A stretch of DNA of 64,000 bases. It comes from Takakia lepidozioides (taxonomy: Eukaryota; Plantae; Bryophyta). The notes under the pieces were generated by a model, which saw nothing but the letters and a program-made list of their open reading frames with translations, ran no database searches and was not told the origin of the DNA. The position numbers were made by a program, and so were the translations under genes. Location of the stretch: contig CM060734.1 of assembly GCA_030704615.1 (NCBI GenBank), forward strand, positions 35,402,001 to 35,466,000, read 5' to 3'. Of this stretch, positions 36,152 through 49,474 are shown piece by piece. How positions within the stretch are numbered: position 1 is the first letter of the stretch; every line of letters starts with the position of its first letter.

Positions 36152-37710
36152 GGTGATGGCAGCGTCCTTGCAACAATGTTGGTGCAACAACCCACCGGCC
36201 TAACGTCTCGTCACACAAGCCTGTTCTTCGTGCTCCGCCAATCTTGATGGAAGTATCCTCTTGATCCTGCAACCACTCTTCACACAAACACACTACTCTC
36301 ACTTCATGTAAGCTTAGCCACTGTTACAAAGCCCATGACCTCGGCTTGAACGAGACCTCATTCATTCCTAAAAGATGATACTTAGGGCTGGATTATGATT
36401 ATTCCTTTAGCTTCCCTGAAAAGGAAAAGAAAACCCCTGTCATCTGTCTCTCTGCCTTTGGGTTTTGGCTCTGCCCCTGTAATGCCTCCATGGCTCAGAA
36501 AGGGGGTTTATTTTCCCCCTCAAGGCCCAGGGGGTCTTAGATAGTAGTACAGTGTGAGGGTACCAGCTAGGTGAATGGAAGTGGGAGTTACAAGCATGCT
36601 TTGCATTTATTTCCTCATATTTTGTACATAGGCAAGCCAATTGAAGAGATAAACTGAGAGCCTCAATCTGAACACAAAGAACATCATCTGTTGCAATCTG
36701 ACCATCCAGCCAGTTGTGTTCCCACACCATTTGTGATTCATTGCAGGTGGAACTATCCATCTACAATCGCCATGCCTCAAATGAAGAGGCTACTTTGGGA
36801 AAGGTTATGTTTGAATGTGCATGTGTCTTGCATGGTTTACAAGCCCATTCAGCTACCTCTACTATGTGAGAATATGGGTAACCTTTGGTGCGTTTCATCC
36901 AATTGGCTTTGTCTGCACACGCAAAACTGGTGACAACTTGTTGAACCATAGTTAGATGTGCCTGTAAAACGAAATTCAGTAAAATAGCTATGATCCGAAC
37001 TACTATTCAAAGAATGCCTCGAACTCCTTGCAAGGAAGTGCCAACCAGTATTCCTCACCACATATCATACCTCCAAGGCGATCCATCCTTTTCGAAGGTT
37101 CACTAGAAGGACCTGGGCTCTGGTAATCTCCCCAATCACAACTTGCTGCCACTAGTCTACTTGCCCAGACAAAACATGTCTCTAGGGTTCTTTTGTGGCT
37201 CTTTCTTTGCCACGAATACAGAAGCTGCCCTCTACCACCTACAAATTGCAACTTACTCTTTTCTCAAACCCGGGTTAGTCTATTTCTAATGACTCTAGGA
37301 TTGGGTTCATGTCTATTAAGTATAGGACCATGTCAAAGATGGGGATGTAGCACTGCTAAGGGGCACTAGTGCAGCAAAGCCATGTGGAATGCAGAAGTTC
37401 AAATGAAGACAAATCTGCCACCTAGGAAGGCTGGAGGCATGACAGTGCATGGTTTTTAAAGTGTATCTCATAATTGTCCTCTAAAAAGAATCATAGAGAC
37501 AATCCATAACACGATCTGTTGTGACACGAAAAAATCCTGAGTCTTCAGTGGAACAAACCCACCCCTTCAAAGGAGGAGGACACTGTCATTATGCTATCAC
37601 CCGAGTCTGACAGAAACACACAACCCTCCACAGGTGTCATGTATACTCTGGATTAGCTCGAAGACTGGAAGTTGTAACCATATACTTTAGCTCTCCCGAT
37701 AAAATTCCAT

Positions 37711-40283
37711 CTAAAATGCCGCCCAACCTGCTGTACTGGTGCCAACTGCACTCGATCCCACCTTTGACGCGGCCGGCAAACTCAACTGGTCCAAACCCAG
37801 CCCAAGAATTGATGCTGGACAGATAGCTCATATTCGGAAGGGAACAAGAGAGAATATTCACACTAGCAGATAGACTACCAAGTGGATGTCTAATCCTCAC
37901 CAACAACTTCACTGTTCAACCAAAGAGACGAGAAGTTGCACCCTGCCTAGATCCCTAGTCTATCCTTCTGATAAAGAAAGCAACATCAAAACAAAAATGA
38001 AAAGTCTCAGTCTACACCGAGATGTCAAATGTACCTAATTCCATCAACAAACAAGATTCAACAAGGTGAGCTTTGCTGGGATTACCTCAAGCTGAGACAA
38101 ATCCGTAAAAGCATCACCAGAAGCCCTGCTAAAGTCCCTCGCCCTGGCAGCTGCTGCATTGGATAGTAGGGAGGGTGGTGAGTTAGAATCAATAGAGCGA
38201 ATACTTCTGCGATCGTTGGGGGGAGGTGGCAGCGGGGAACGAATGCGATTCCCACCAGTGGGGGTGGCCAGGGGGGACTTGATGAGCCCAATGCCGTTGC
38301 CCACACTGCCAGTCCTTGTCGTGCTTGACAACATTCCTGTGCCTGATGCGGGTTTTGTCTTCACGTTGATATGAATTGTCTCCCCTTCCTGACATACAGC
38401 CCATTTGTGTCACTGGTGGAGCCGGGAAATGGTGGGTTCACTGACAAGGAGGCAAGAGGGAGGGGTGCAGGAAGGATTTGAAGAAGGTAAAGGAGAGCCT
38501 ATCACAATGCTTCAGGCTTGTTCCACTAGTGAGCTCATTGTCATGTGTACCAATATGTAGCCTTATAAAGAAACATATGGTCTGCTTGCCGAAGATTAGA
38601 GAAGGAGCTGAGACATTGACTTCAATTCTTCTTGTAGTATTTGAAGCTGATTGTTTCCTTCACCAAAAATTCTTCTTTCCAGCAATAAGCAAGCTTCCAA
38701 CTAAAACTCAGATTGGAGACAAAATTTGATCCTAAGAATAAGGTTCAACCTTTTCCACTAGCTCACAATTTTCACTCCTGTGTTGCACCCAATTAGGGCT
38801 AGGCCTTCAGGCACTTCAAAATAGAGTGAACTCCAATAAAAAGGGTGCTAAGATCTTTCACCGGGCCAGCTTGTGAGAACACATCCAAGAAAGAAATGAA
38901 AAGGTACTACATAACATCCTCGGAAAGCTATAAGACAACAGAAAGAAATGAAATGAAATGAAATGAAATGGTGCTTTATAACATCCGCGGAAAGCTCATA
39001 GAGCTTATGGGACAAAATGGAAGAAAACATGAGAGAGGAAACAAAAGAAAGAAAGAAGAAAAAGGGAGAGGGGTCCTCCACAAGCAGCCCCATAGCAACT
39101 ATTGCTCAAGGGATTGTCTAAGAGTCAATGCCTCATGCAGGTAAGCTCCCAAGCATTTCTGATCGAAGACCTCCGTCAGAGATTGGGTTTCATGGAATAG
39201 ACAATCGAATCTCCCACAGATCTCATAGTAGAAAGGGCAGTGAAAGAAGAAATGTTCTTCACTTTTGAAAGAAAGAAAGGAAGTAACACAAAGACTATGT
39301 CCATAGGAGGCCAAGAGGGCCCACATGCAAACTTAGCCTGGTACACCAAGATGTCGTCGATGTACATGATCACAAAGTCATCCAACCACTCCTGGAAAAG
39401 GCTGTTCATGTGAAGCTAGAAAAGCAAAAAGGAAGAGCAGAAGAAATGTTTCAATCATCTGTAAAAGGTTGATGGCTGAATCAAACCAATGCTCTATCTC
39501 TTGCTGAACCCAAGGGTCCTTCAAAGTCCTAATGTCAGGCCTTCCTTAACTCACCATACTTACATCAACAAGTGTCAAACAGAAGAGATGTCTCAGCAAC
39601 TGTATTGGAATGTAGATCACTCTGTGCAGTAAAAGCAAATTATTTCCAACACAATTTACAAAGGAGGGAGGGATAGAAGCAATATGACAGAGAGGCAGGT
39701 CAGGGTTACTGAGGGACAAGCTTTTTGCGAGGAAGAGAGGGGCTGGGGTTTGGTGCAGCAACGAAACACAAGCTCAAATGTAAGAAGTGTTGAGTTTTTT
39801 TATTACCTTCAATCGCAAATCCAAGGACTGGTGCGATATACTGTGGTCATCATCACCGCCATCTTCTCTCTCTACCTTCCTTTTCACATACTTTTCGTGA
39901 TCCGACAACGCAACATTGAAATCGAAGGCCTCGTTTCTTTCTGTGAATCCAAGGCCAATGAAGGCATGCTTCCCTCTCCCATCATCAATTCTGAGAACAA
40001 AATAACGAGACGAGTCCGTTGCACTCTCCACTGTGGTGTCTCTCTGTCCAGGAAGGACGGGACAAGCTGCGAATAGGTCCCCTGTGTTGGGATCCTCCAA
40101 TCGCACTTCACATTTCTCTTTCAGAGATATCACCTTCAGCCTTCCCGTCCATATTTTGTCGGACTGCAGCCATTCTGCACACTTCCAGCCACCGCTGGAG
40201 CTTCTGGGAGGGATCTTGTACACCGACACTTCCCTGACAATCAGCAGAGTGTGCTCTAATGACTCCTCGTCATCAAATGACAT
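37711..40283 (-). CDS. NECAP: NECAP/adaptin ear-binding coat-associated protein (PHear domain); exons 40283-39807, 38388-38086, 37785-37711; 284 aa
   Basis: EHTLLIVREVSVYKIPPR, WTGRL, DSSRYFVLRI, AFIGLGFTERNEAFDFNVAL, LRLKEGETIHINVK, and the C-terminal GWAAF* WxxF motif. Confidence 0.95.
38941..39265 (-). mobile_element. 5'-truncated copy of the LINE at 2651-5411, in NECAP intron 1
   Basis: EEHFFFHCPFYYEI..YLHEALTLRQSLEQ*; 3' UTR nearly identical to 5325-5400; (CATTT)n tail. Confidence 0.93.
39341..39409 (-). mobile_element. Short Ty3/gypsy RT fragment
   Basis: MNSLFQEWLDDFVIMYIDDILVY. Confidence 0.75.
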
Positions 40284-43200
40284 TCTGCCCCAAGTCTTTG
40301 GTAACGGGATTATTTGAGAGAAAGAAAGGACCAGGCAAGAGACGTCAGGCGGTACTTTGGATCAATAATGTACGGGCAAGGAAGCCTCCAAAGTGGAAAG
40401 CTGCAGATTCGCAAAGTTGCTTGTTGATATCAGAATGCTGAGCATGATAGATATGGCAGGACCTACTACAGTCGGCCAGAAAGGCATGGAAGATAATTGA
40501 TGAGATTTGCGATATAAACAGAACAGGTTGAAGGAGATAGCAACGAAAAATCAGCAGATGTAAGGCGGCTTTTGTTGAAGATCTCAGCAGAAATTATCAT
40601 ACGCACCTTACAAAGAGTTATGGGGGCAGCTGTGGTGGAATTACAGTGCTTTCGAAGACAAAGACGCCAATGCAGCAAGAGGATTTGGACAAACTGGATG
40701 TCCGTGATCAGCTGCTCTCTCTCTCACACCCCAGGCAACGCACAATGTTCAGATGGTTAGCAAGTCTACAACACAGAGAAAGTAAGGACGCTTGTAAGAT
40801 CGATATGCCATCTTTGGATGAAACATTGCACAGTTGACCCATCCTCACATCATTCTTGCCATCGTCCTCACTTTCTACACAATGCTGTGATACCCGTGCC
40901 CAACAGCAGTTCAGAAATCATGCAGGCCTGTACTACCGATCTGATCCGCTGTTGCCGACTGAAATGTTCAACACATTTTTTACCTTCAAATTTCTCTGCA
41001 AATTACAGTTTTGATGCTTCAAAATACTAGGTTGTTGTCGTCGATAAATAGAATACCAGGCCAGTTGTTGGACTCCTGTGACACATCAGCACATCTTTGA
41101 GATTATGAAGATGACGATGGTACCTCGTAAGAATCCACGCGATCGATTATGGACTATGGACATTCAGGAATTGGCATTTCGATGTTTCTTGAAACTGATG
41201 GGCCAACTCAACTCTCATCATCAGATACGTCTCTTCATGAAGCATCTGCCGCTTTTTCAAGGACTGAACACCTCAACTGCAAGTACTAATCACATTTGCC
41301 CTTTGTTCCAAGTGTGATAGGCAAGTCATGCGTAATCAGCTTATCCAGAAGCCATTTAGGAGTACACGTCAAAGGGCTCGTCCAATGCTGGATGTCATCA
41401 CTGAAAAACAGTAGAATTGCAGCTTTGTCCTCATGCGCCCTTTGCAAGATGACACACATCCCAAAATCAATCGCTTGTGACAAACCTAATGGGATGCAAT
41501 GACAATTTCAGATCTTTTCAGAACTGGTAACAAACTCAAACGCCATGGCCTCTGATGTAATCTCTTATCAGTGTTGCAGTGAATCTCAACGACCAGCATT
41601 GACATAAATTCTAATCGAATTGAGACATTAATAACTCTGGAACGTCTCGTTGCAAATGCCACTGTAACTCAAACCGCCTTCAGGAAGAGCACACAGGCAA
41701 CAATTTTCAGCCACGCAAGGGATGGATAAGGGCACAGAGATGTACTCACTGTCAGTAAGAATGAACTTCCCCTTTGGAAGAGAAAAATTGCAATCCAGCC
41801 ATGCAGCTATGTACCATTTTGGGGAGCAACAGAACCATAAAACCTCCCTCGAACTTCTGGAGTAAATCCATGGAGCACCAGCACCGGCTACTTGTCCAGA
41901 CTTGCTGATTGAGCATCAAACACTGCCAAACTGTGTCTAGTTAAATCTGCATAAATCCATGGATCTTGAAGAATGCAGCTTTTGAAGAATGCATTAACAT
42001 TCAAAGTGATGAGTAAGTACAGGAGGAGGAAAAGGCAGTTATTTGAAAAGGTTGGTTGATTCAGACTTCTGAAGTGCTCTTTAGTCCCCAAATGTTGCTA
42101 AATTTCTATACCTTCTCATGTTTTACAGTTCATACTGCAAACGAGGTGAATAACTTAGAGCAACCATTTGAAGTCCACACAGACTTTCTTTGGAACTCAG
42201 CTCTAAGGTTATAGAATTGTGATGCAGGCGCATGTTTTGCTGAGAAAGCTGAAAAGTACCTGAATCTTGCAAAAGATGTGAACAAACTTTTGTGCTGGAA
42301 TTTGTGTATAAATAAACTTCTGGCCAATCTGTGCCACAAAAGAGGGGAGACTTCTGCACCCTGTTTGTCTCACTTGGCTCTTAACTTCTGTGGATGGCAT
42401 TCCCTTTATATCTTTGTTGACATGCACCAACAAAGAACTACACAAGGTGAGCTCAAACACTGTCAGAATATGAGCAAAAGTAGGTAGGTGAAACGAGATA
42501 TTGAACCCTGCTGGTTGTTATCTAACAGATTAAGATCTCAGCATTGCACAGCTGGAAGTGGGGCTAAGGGCGGGAATCGTAACTTGTTATGATATGCACA
42601 TGCCAACTCCTAAGAAGCTTTCTGGAGAGATTTATCATTTTTTTGAGGGAAGGGTATGTCTACACCTCACTTTCACTCTGTCACTCCTACTGTGTTGCCA
42701 ACTCCTCAAGCATAACCATTTGTGGGAACAATCAAAGATGGAAGGTGGAAGGGCTGATGAATAACCTGTTGGCTGGGGGGACCCTTATGAATGCTCAATC
42801 CTCTGGAGCTGGTCATGAATGTTTCACAAAATAGGAGAGTTAGTGTGTAAGTTTATGTGTGCCACGGTGGCAGCCTAGTAGCTGACAGAGAGAGACGACT
42901 CGGACTGAAGTCTGTGTGAAGAGAGGGGGGGGGGAGGTGTGCCCTATTAGTAGCTGGCAATACATTCTTTCAGAGGGATTTTGCTGACTGCTTTCACTGC
43001 GGCGGGGGTAGAAAGTGCATACAACATTTTTAGGCCCAAGACAATTGAGTCACTGATGTACTTGTGGCACAAGACTGGCAATAGCAAGTACGGGATTGGG
43101 GTTGGTATATTTTCCAGGCATTCGAGGCACTAGAAGAATGCATTAATATTAATTGAAGAATGCAGATGTTGAATGGGGCAGACCTTTATTGCAAGACCCA

Positions 43201-43667
43201 AAAATTGCTGGTGCAGGATCCACAAACCATAAAACATGGGTTACCTGTAAATGATGCTGAGAATGCCAAGAACATACCCTAGGAGAAGCACTGCATTAAA
43301 GAAGAAAAGGGGGCAAATGCTGCACCACTTTTTCTTTCCTCCTTCCTTTTTTTCTCCATCCATAGTAAGGTAGCATTTCATTTCTGTCCCAAGTTCAGAG
43401 TTTATAAACGTTTGTACTGTTCAAATCAACCCAATCTGGCAATTCCTTGTTTGGTCCAAGCAAGAACGCCTAATAAGCCCTACCCACAGAAATCAGACCC
43501 CCATCATGAATTACCAGGAAAAGTGCCAGTTGGTTGAATGACAATGAGGTTGATTGAGGATCCCTTCCTTCAAGCTTCACTGAGAGACCTAAAATTGATG
43601 ATGAACAAAATGAAAGTTAAGGTGCCCGGACAACAAAAAATGGAAGAAGCAATCAAAAGAGAGAATA

Positions 43668-44951
43668 TTATTTGATAGTTCCATTGACAATTGTAGATGT
43701 GCATGGTCCTGCAGAAGTTAAGAAAGGTTTGCCTTGATAGTTGGCCACCCCGCAGCTGTCTGTGCCAAGGTCTAGCTGAATCTTCTCAAATTGCTTTTTC
43801 TTGGGATTCAAAACCTCCTCAGGTGTTCCCTCATGTCCAAGAACAGTGGCCCTTTCCCCAATCAGAGCTCCCTCAGGGGGCGCAACCGGCGCACATTGGC
43901 TATGATCGCTATTTGACGCACATAGGACAAGGCCAGAAGAAATTACATCACGAACCTTTCCGGCCTTCACATTTTTTAGTACCAGCACCCGCCGGTTCAG
44001 CATCTGCTCCTCAGTCAAAAACTTGGCAAGCCCGCTCACTACCTGCCTGACATTCTCTTCTCCAATGTCGATCTCCTCCACGTACAATGCATCTGCACCA
44101 GGATGCTTCCAGACCTTCTTTATGATCCCAACACGTATATCCAATACACTGATACTAGTATCGCTTTCCTTCTTCTGTGCGGGAGGCTTCTCTTTCTTGG
44201 CCTTCTTACCATCTTGTGTTACCTCATCAGGCTTTACAGGACCTCCAACTTTGTCGATGCCCTTCCCTTCCGCCTTAATAGGGATTTCCTTCTTGTTGCT
44301 GCTGGCTGATGGTTGAGAATCACTCTCCTCTTGCAACTTGGAAGCTGAAGAAGCCTTCGCCGTCGGTGCCGCAGTTGGTGTCTGTTTGGTTGTCGAACTT
44401 GAGGGCGAGTATCCTGGGGGATTGAACTTAGCCTTCGTGACAGGAATATGTTCAAATACCTGCGCTGCCTCTTCCTTATTCTGGATAAAATCTATCCACC
44501 GTAACAAATTGGGTAACTTCTCCTGCTCTTCACTAGACTGCTGGGCCACAAGGTCATGGATTGCAGCGAACAAAGACAGATCCGCCACGGTGATGTCGGT
44601 CCCTTTTCCAGCAAGAACCGATCGACCCGAGAAATGCACATTGAGAAGCTGAAGTCTTGCATCTGCCAAAACTTTTTCACTACTAATTGCGCTGGAAAAC
44701 GAAAGCCATTGTGACACTTCTGCGTGTGCCTCTGGAGACTCTCCAAGAAATTGACGTGAGGCAGTGGGACCTGCAGCCTCCACTAGGACCCTGCACACGA
44801 ACCCTAACCCGCTTCCCTCTCCTATGAACTCGCTATGTACAGCCTTCTGAGCAGCTTCTGCAGAAGCAAAGCGAGCACAGAAGGAAGTGATGAATTTATG
44901 AAGTCTCTGATGCTTTTCTGGAACCCCCGACGCCATGATCGATGGATCCAT
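43668..44951 (-). CDS. Intronless GST-C-like + tRNA-binding OB-fold (EMAPII/Trbp111) protein, Arc1p/AIMP1-like aminoacyl-tRNA synthetase cofactor
   Basis: AEVSQWLSF..LNVHFSGRSVLAG..ITVADL..NLLRWIDFIQ; LDIRVGII.KVWKHPGADALYVEEIDIGE..RQVVSGL..SSGLVLCASN..VLNPKKK. Start is 44951 or 44936. Confidence 0.93.
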   Translation of the reverse strand: MDPSIMASGVPEKHQRLHKFITSFCARFASAEAAQKAVHSEFIGEGSGLGFVCRVLVEAAGPTASRQFLGESPEAHAEVSQWLSFSSAISSEKVLADARLQLLNVHFSGRSVLAGKGTDITVADLSLFAAIHDLVAQQSSEEQEKLPNLLRWIDFIQNKEEAAQVFEHIPVTKAKFNPPGYSPSSSTTKQTPTAAPTAKASSASKLQEESDSQPSASSNKKEIPIKAEGKGIDKVGGPVKPDEVTQDGKKAKKEKPPAQKKESDTSISVLDIRVGIIKKVWKHPGADALYVEEIDIGEENVRQVVSGLAKFLTEEQMLNRRVLVLKNVKAGKVRDVISSGLVLCASNSDHSQCAPVAPPEGALIGERATVLGHEGTPEEVLNPKKKQFEKIQLDLGTDSCGVANYQGKPFLTSAGPCTSTIVNGTIK

Positions 44952-45411
44952 CGGGGCCTCGCACCTCCCTTGAACCAAACGAGACAGAGGACAGGAAACA
45001 ACCAACAACAGCCTCCCAGCACTAGGGTTTTAGGCAGTTAAACAGGTATACCAATGGATCTTTGAACTGACCGACGGACGAACCTGGCCTACCCATGGAT
45101 GATTTGAGCTACCGAGGAATTGCTTGTATGGTGGCTTATTCACCCCTTTTTCATGAAAGGAGGGGCCCAGCAAGTGACCCACATGGATGTTTTGAGATCA
45201 GTGAACTATGTAGTCTCCATCTCAATGAACGTGTAATGTGCTTGTAGTAATCCTTAGGAGTACTAGGATTTCGAGCCTCATACTTGTAACGAAAGTTGGT
45301 GGTTTGAGTGAGTTATATAACCACTTGGGCTCTTCCTCTGCAGCTAGCTCTTTCCATGCATCATACTGGGCAAGGGGAGCAAGGATGGAAGTAGCAAATT
45401 AGAGTGCAGGC

Positions 45412-48400
45412 ATGGGTTGTATTACCCAGGATATGATCAGGCGACGAGCAGAGCACAATGAAGGCATTCTCTACACTTTGGAGGCATGCACTTTCCCTTA
45501 TCCTTCCGGCATTGTGATCCTCGACCTTGTTGTCCGTAATGAGGGCCATGTAAGTAGTTATACATGTGTTCAGTGTTGGTCTGTTGGAAGGGGGGAGTCT
45601 TGTTTAAAGTGGATATGGCAGTAACAAGGGAGAGGAAAGAGTACAGGAGTTGGTGTTGCAGGAGGAAGGCATAGAGAAAATTGACGTCTTGGGTTACCTG
45701 TGTCACAACCTGCGCATTCTCTACATGCCCAACAACCTGATCTCTCGCCTCGGTATGCACTTCACCGCCTTGCCTCAATGGCATGTTTTGAGTCCAAATT
45801 TCTTTTGAACCAAGGGACTCCTTCTATCGAACGTCAAAATTCTGGATCACTACTGATGTAATCGAAGTTAAATATTGCTATAAATTTATACGCTGATTGT
45901 CTTGTGTGATCGAAACAGAGAATATGCACCGACTCAAAGAGCTGCAGTACCTCAATCTGGCGATGAACAATATTGTGCAGGTACAGCCCTTCCATTCCGA
46001 GCAATTTGAAACTCACTTTAGAAGGGTTAGCTTATTCCGAGCATTAACGAAGTGTTGATCACAGGTGGAAGGGCTAGAGCATTGTGAGGCTCTGGAGAAG
46101 CTTGACCTGACGCTCAACTTCGTAGACCAACAGCATCTGCCCTCTGTCACAAGCCTCGCGGCCAATCTGCATCTTCGGGAACTGTATGAGCAAGCAACCT
46201 CCCGTGTCTCTAGAAAATGCAGGAAAATTTGGCAGATAGGCTGGAGGAGGAAACAGTGGAGATGCAATATGTTTAGGATTTGACACAACTTCAATCATTT
46301 CCATGAAGGCCTCTTCAGGATGGCTTGCTCAAGGAACAATAGGAAAGGGATGGTTGTAGAGGTGAGTAGAAAGCACAGCAAAACCTGAAAATTTGAAATT
46401 TGAAATTGTTAGGATTGGGGAATGAAAGACTAATAACATGGGGTTCTTCATGGGTGGGGAAAGGTTTTTAACAGGTAATCCATGCTCTGACTGGAGTGGA
46501 TACCGCAAATTTGTGATAGTGAAGCTTCCATTATTGAAGGTAGGCAAGAAATGGTTGTTGCATTCATACTCATTGCAGCTGTTGTATTGGAAGTGCTTCA
46601 AGAAGAAAAAGGGTGCAAAAACTGAAAATGGGCAGTATTGTGTGGCTTACAGCGCTTGGATGCCTGGGACATCAAGCCCTCTGAGAGGATTTCATCCCTA
46701 CAGGTATTCTCAGTGCTACTTGTGCCTACCTGCAGAACTATCTCAAGAGAAGGTCGCTGCCCTCTTGTTAGACATTACTAGCAATTGAGAAATTGTGGAG
46801 CTACGTTTGAGACTTTCTCTTAAATACTCTGCATAGTACTTCTTGTACTTCACTAAGTAGAAAAGGACTGCCCCATGTTCAAAACTACCTTTCCATGCAC
46901 AATTGGCATTCAACTTGCAAAGCAGTGGAGTTCTACTGGTAGTGAATTTGGTGGTCACTTCGAACAAAGAAGTATTTGTATAAAAACCCTGACCATCTCT
47001 CACAACAGATGTCATGAGTGGGAAAGCCTGCAGGAGATCCATGAGCTTCAAGATGAGCTTCAGCAAGGAGAGCGTGTTGAGCCTTCTCCTTCTAACCAAG
47101 AGCAACATCCAGTGTAGGTATTCCTTGACATTTGTTCGCACATCTTGTAGTATTAATTCTACCCATCACTTATTGTAATGCAATGTACACCATGCTTTTA
47201 TCCCACCCCTTATTATCTTACAAAGAGAATCAAGCAGGTGCACGAATGAAAAAGGAGATCTTTTGCGAGAATATTCGCCTGCTACTAGACTTGCTGAGCA
47301 CAATGAGCTTCAAGAGCTGCGAGAACAGGACAAGAAAAAGACTGTAAACCACTCCTTACAACTCCTCATAGCCTTATTTCTATGCTTTCAACCGTATATC
47401 AAACTCCCTCCTCTTCATTTGTGCCCTCTTTATATGTGCTCTTCTTGGCACGTATCATGTTCCCCACTCCTCCACTAACATGATGGGACAATCTGTGAGC
47501 AGCCAGATAAAGATCGTATACACTCCAAGCGACGCAAAGGCTTTGATCCATTGCCCACAGAAGGTCGCGTCTACCAAAAGAATGAGGGCGGGTACGCAAA
47601 CTCTTCCTCCAGGCTCATTTTTTAAAGGCAGTAGGAACTATCATCTTCTTCAGTACTGGCCTGTGCAGTAGGTGTTTGCTAAGGTGTAACAGAACATCTA
47701 CTCATCAATGTTTGTTAGGAAAGAGATGGAAGTCTGGTTTTGGTTCTTGGGTTTCAAGCCAGATGCGGTGAAACAGATGGGAGTTCAAGCTGACTGAGAG
47801 TGAGTGTGGAGGCAAGCTCATACTGGATGTGGCAGTGGGTCGTTACCTTGACACATCACTCCTTGACATCGACGTGCAGCCTTGCTGGGTCCGTCTTCTA
47901 GTCAAAGGGAAGCTTCTACAATTGCGGCTGCCCGCTGAAGTAAGTCTGTCTCTTTGTCCACAGATGTGACAAGCAGACTCTAGTCTGTATACTCTCTTCA
48001 TCTCTCCACATACACATCTGGAGTGTGAAGCTTCAGCCCTTTATAGAGCTTCACTCAGCTGCAAATGGCCAAGCATTATCTGTTGGGTGTACTGTAGGTG
48101 TAGGTGAAGACACCACATACATAGGAAGTGCAAAATTTCAAACTCCATGGGGTCCATTGTGGGTGATTGTAGGTGAAGACGGACTCAAGCATTGCAGAGC
48201 GCTCAACAACTAGTGGTCATCTGCTTGTGACAATGCCCCTAGCTACTGCCAGTGTGCATGCCCCTCCCCAGCTCTCTCCAATCTCGACCAAGTCAAAACA
48301 GAAGACCAAAGAAAAGACTGAAGAAGCCAAGCATGCAGTGGTAGACATTCACAACATAGTAAAAGATGTCTCATGCCCCAACAATACAACTTCTCCAGCA

Positions 48401-48454
48401 CCTTTGGACTTGACCTCAGATTTTGGTGATGACGGCGTACCCCCCTTGGAGTAG
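45412..48454 (+). CDS. DNAAF11: Dynein axonemal assembly factor 11 (LRRC6/tilB): LRRs, LRRcap and CS-like domain; ~11 exons
   Basis: MGCITQDMIRRRAEHNEG..LRILYMPNNLI..LQYLNLAMNNI..CEALEKLDLTLNFV..LTGNPC..RLD..IKPSER..YLDTSLLDIDVQP..LQLRLPAEVK..RSTTSGHLLVTMP..VPPLE*. Central exon boundaries (47030-47590) are less certain. Confidence 0.93.
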
Positions 48455-49474
48455 CAGCACGTAGTAAAATCTTGTAGTGCACTCGATGCATGGCCAAACA
48501 TCAGCTGGAGACAAATGTTCACTATACAGATTTTTGGACAATATGAAGGTGAAGGTTCATTGAAAAATGCAGTTGGGTAAAAGTTGTATTTCTTTTTTCA
48601 ATGCATGGTTCCAAAAGTTTTTAATGACACATACTTATCTCACCGTTTGTATTGAGGCATTACCTGTGCTACTCTTACTTAGCAAAGCAGAAGCTGGAAC
48701 ACCTCAACGTACAACTTACATCTCAGCCAGTCTGTTGTGCCACTAGCATACATCGGACATGGAATGAAGAGCCAGACAGTTGTGAAAACAGAACGAAAGC
48801 AGAAGCCTTTTTTACTACTGGTTAGCCCAATGGGTCAATGTCCAATGGTCAAAAATATTTGAAGTATCTTGATGTTGAAAGGGGAACCATTGACCTCCCT
48901 AACTGCCTGGCTGTGATTAGAAACTCAGTCTGTAGTCCAGCCTTGAACCAGAAAGGTCTATACTGGTCTATCCTGAAAATCTTACCTATAGAATGTCCCT
49001 GCATTGTAGTCTACAGCTACATTTCATGCTCTCCTGCAGCAGGTGAAGTTGGAGTATCCCCAGTATGTTACATAAGGCCTCTCTTTCGCTGCATCGCCTA
49101 GTCCCAAGTCGAAGGAAAACGAATGCTTCAAAACTACGTCTACTACAACTACTGCAGATGGATAGATGTTTTCCATTTCCACCTTCACGATCTCACAAAC
49201 GATCTCAGGGCCAAGCCATTCCTTGAGAACCACCAGTGCCTGCATTTCTGACAGACCAAGAATCACTATACAGGAAACACCACAGCCCACTTCAGGTGAT
49301 ATTGACGGAAACAACCCCCGTGACAATCCACCACATTGGCCCAACCGACAACATTGGAAAGGTTTATTGTCTGAAACCAGCATCTTGAAACCAGAGCACC
49401 CCAAGCTTACGTCGACGCGGAAAACTTTTTGCCAGAAAATCTCGTCCGTGTGTCGATCAACCGGTCTTTCCAAG

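Noticed and set aside
40400-43600. Possible additional gene between NECAP and the Arc1p-like gene
   Set aside because: Only short ORFs with no recognisable domain or consistent exon chain; probably UTR, intron or intergenic sequence.
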